DNA of 64,000 nt, taken from assembly GCA_047495785.1 (NCBI GenBank), contig JBLDXI010000054.1, forward strand, positions 1,178,001 to 1,242,000, written 5' to 3'. The first letter of the stretch is position 1; each line of letters begins with the position of its first letter. The notes under the pieces are model-generated. The model made no database searches and was not told where the DNA came from. It saw only the letters and a list, made by a program, of their open reading frames with translations. The position numbers and the translations under genes were made by a program. Origin of the DNA: Lepidodermella squamata (taxonomy: Eukaryota > Animalia > Gastrotricha). Of this stretch, positions 61,458 through 64,000 are shown piece by piece.

Positions 61458-64000
61458 ATGTTGTTTAAACTTGCTTTACTAATCTTAATAAAAATCGCAG
61501 GCACAAATGCTGCAAAATTGAATCTAACCTCGCCGATGCCAGCAAGAGTCAAACCTACGGTGCCTACTGCAAAACCTGTTCTAAGTTTCGTGACGTCATG
61601 CAGTTATGGCGGAGTTTCACTACCCTTTGGGCCTGTATGCACTGAAGCCATGAGGTTCGCACTCGATAGCATGAGAAACACGTCGAACCTACTATCAAAC
61701 TACGAGATAACGGCGGATATTTATGATGACCAGGTAGGGCAAGGATTCATCAAAAAACTTGATTTTTTCACTGATTTCGTTAATTTAGTGCAGCAGACCC
61801 CCTGGTATCAAGGCATATCTCAATGCTATGGAGGAAAACAAAGCTTCGAAGGACAGAATTCCTTTGATTATCGCTTCCCCGTGCCCAGCCAGCTTATTCA
61901 CCGGTCAAATGATGTTCATTGATAACTTCATGGGTGTAAGTGTATTTTCATCGATGTTATATCAATATTCAGTGAATTTATAGATTACTTTCGCATCGGG
62001 TGTGCTTGAAACTGATTTATATCGCGATCGTTACAAAAATTTATTCGTCATCTCGCCGCCGATTTCTGAATCATACAAAGCCGCAGGCCGCCTCATGTCA
62101 ACGATGGGATGGCGAAAATATGCTCAGATAACTGATATGATGGATCTATCCAACAAACAAGACGACAACGCGGCTATTACGCTCGAATCGAACTTTGGCA
62201 TCCGCACGATGGGCATGTTCAAGATCCCTTACATATCAGGCGTTCCGTCAGAATCTGAAGACGTTCGTGCTGCTGTTGAGGATATGAAGAAAGTCGATCC
62301 ACGCATCATCATGATCGGATCCTATTTCCCGTCGCGTATTGCCTGTTGGCTGCACCGTTATAACATGTACGGACCTAATTATGTCATTATACTCGAAGTC
62401 AGTAAAGCATTTCAACAAAACGACCAACTTCGAATCCAACCGTGGTGTACAACGGACATGTTAAGGGATGTCCTATTGAGTGTAATTACATACGGCTCGA
62501 CTACTACAATGGGTCTCGGTAAAATGGCTGCCGTAGATTCGTTGGGTAATAACGGTTACGACTTGGACACTGCTATTTCTTCCAAAGTTGAAATTTCGCC
62601 GTATTCCACGGTTTGGAGTTTACGCCACTATTTCTACGATATGACGCTACTGGTACTTCACGTTCTGAACAAAACTGAGTCATTACTAAACCAGCGGAAC
62701 CAAACTTTATCAGATTGGGTAACCAGAAGCGAGAATTTCAAGAAAAACGGGGCGAAAATTGTTGAGGAAATGAAAACAGCTCTGTTTTCAACGAGAGTTG
62801 TCGGAAAAATTGGGGAAATTGGATTCGAAAGAAACACAACGAAAAACACTGGTGGAAATGTAGCTTACTCTTATTACCAATACCAGCTGGTTTCTGGTGC
62901 TGCGAGTTTGAGACCGGTTGGGTTTTACATGACTAGAACTGGCGTTATCAATCTTGGACCTGTGCCAATAATTTGGCGGACCAAAAATGGCCAGCCCCCA
63001 GTTGATTCGATTCAAACATTACAAATCGTCGCCCCGTTGATCGAACTCAGCGCATATATAGCGCTTCTGGCCATGGGAAGCTTCGAAATACTTGCCATCA
63101 TTGTAATTGCTGTATTCGTATGTGTCAAAAAGAAGGCTGAAATCATCGAAAATTCACTGCCGGTTTTCAACAATTACGTGTTGATAGGCGATTTCATGCT
63201 AGCTTCATCGATTATGGTTCAAAATCAGGAATTCAGTAATTCAATGCATATCTATTGTATGACTTCATTCGGCTTACTTTTCCTCGGAATTTCCTTGGTG
63301 CTGTACGGAATGGTCGCTAAGCTGCACATCTCATACCAAATTTCGCTATCTTTGAGTAGTAGAACTAAATCTGCTATTGATTTCAAGAGCGTATTTGACG
63401 CTGTGAGGCGAACGAAAAGCAACATATCTCGAACAATTTCGCGAACAGTCAGTCGAAAATTCGATTTTGATGCCACTCATAAGAAATTCCTCTATCTGGG
63501 CATCGTGTTAGCTTTTGCATCGCTTATTCTACTAATCGTTTGGTTTCTGTTGAGTCCGATGGTTATTGCTAGAAATGTAATGCCGCCAGTTATAATGGAA
63601 GGAGAAGGTGGATTAGCTATTCAAACAGTTGTTTTCACCTGTGATTTCGGTAGTTCAACGGTTGTTCAAGCTATAATTGGAGTGTTTTGCGCCTTTTACG
63701 GTCTAGCCATTATCAGAGGAGCTTTCCTAGCTTTCTCTCTACGATCCGTGAGTTTGGAGATTGGGATCAATTTCATAGATAATTTTAGTATTTTTAGAAA
63801 TTTCTGGTGAACGTCAATGATCTGAAGAACGTATGCATGTGCTTTTACGGTACTGTCATGCTACTGTTGTGCGGGGCTGTGACGTCAGCTTTCATCTTCA
63901 AGCAGCAATCCCTTCAGCAAATGGCGCTATCAGTTACCTGTTTAGGATGTGTGTTAATCAATATCAGTATGATATTTGCTGGAAAGGTTTCTTAACTGAT
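61458..64000 (+). CDS. GABA-B-like class C GPCR, paralogue I (last exon probably beyond window)
   Basis: Signal peptide MLFKLALLILIKIAGTNA, SCSYGGVSLPFGPVCTEAM, main exon ORF 62002..63810 and TM6-7 exon VNDLKNVCMCFYGTV...FAGK|GT. Confidence 0.87.

Noticed and set aside
12433-64000. Assigning gene symbols GABBR1/GABBR2 or CHRNA to these genes
   Set aside because: Only family-level similarity; key ligand residues and tails differ, so orthology cannot be claimed without phylogeny.

Overview
Eukaryotic (metazoan, invertebrate-like) DNA from a compact genome with mostly 48-64 nt GT-AG introns; I cannot assign the taxon from the sequence alone. After the 3' part of an NRF-6/OACYL-type O-acyltransferase and an ankyrin-repeat gene with a spliced signal-peptide exon, the window is a mixed paralogue cluster. 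It holds four divergent Cys-loop ligand-gated ion channel genes plus one fragment, and nine apparently intact GABA-B-like class C GPCR genes (Venus flytrap + 7TM, short tails, at least two subtypes; the last runs off the window) plus one pseudogene. Interleaved with these are five members of an unrecognised secreted peptide family built from CxxxC...CxC modules (5, 2, 3, 2 and 1 modules; the last is a pseudogene). A peptide gene plus its neighbouring receptor gene were duplicated together as one ~4.7 kb unit. The best candidate for an undescribed system is this receptor / secreted-peptide / orphan-channel cluster, possibly chemosensory, pheromonal or recognition-related; its function is inference only. 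Intergenic DNA carries a decayed hAT transposase with a nested RTE-like LINE, several MITEs with intact TIRs and TSDs, and CR1/L2-type remnants. Exon boundaries were read by eye and not checked against transcripts.
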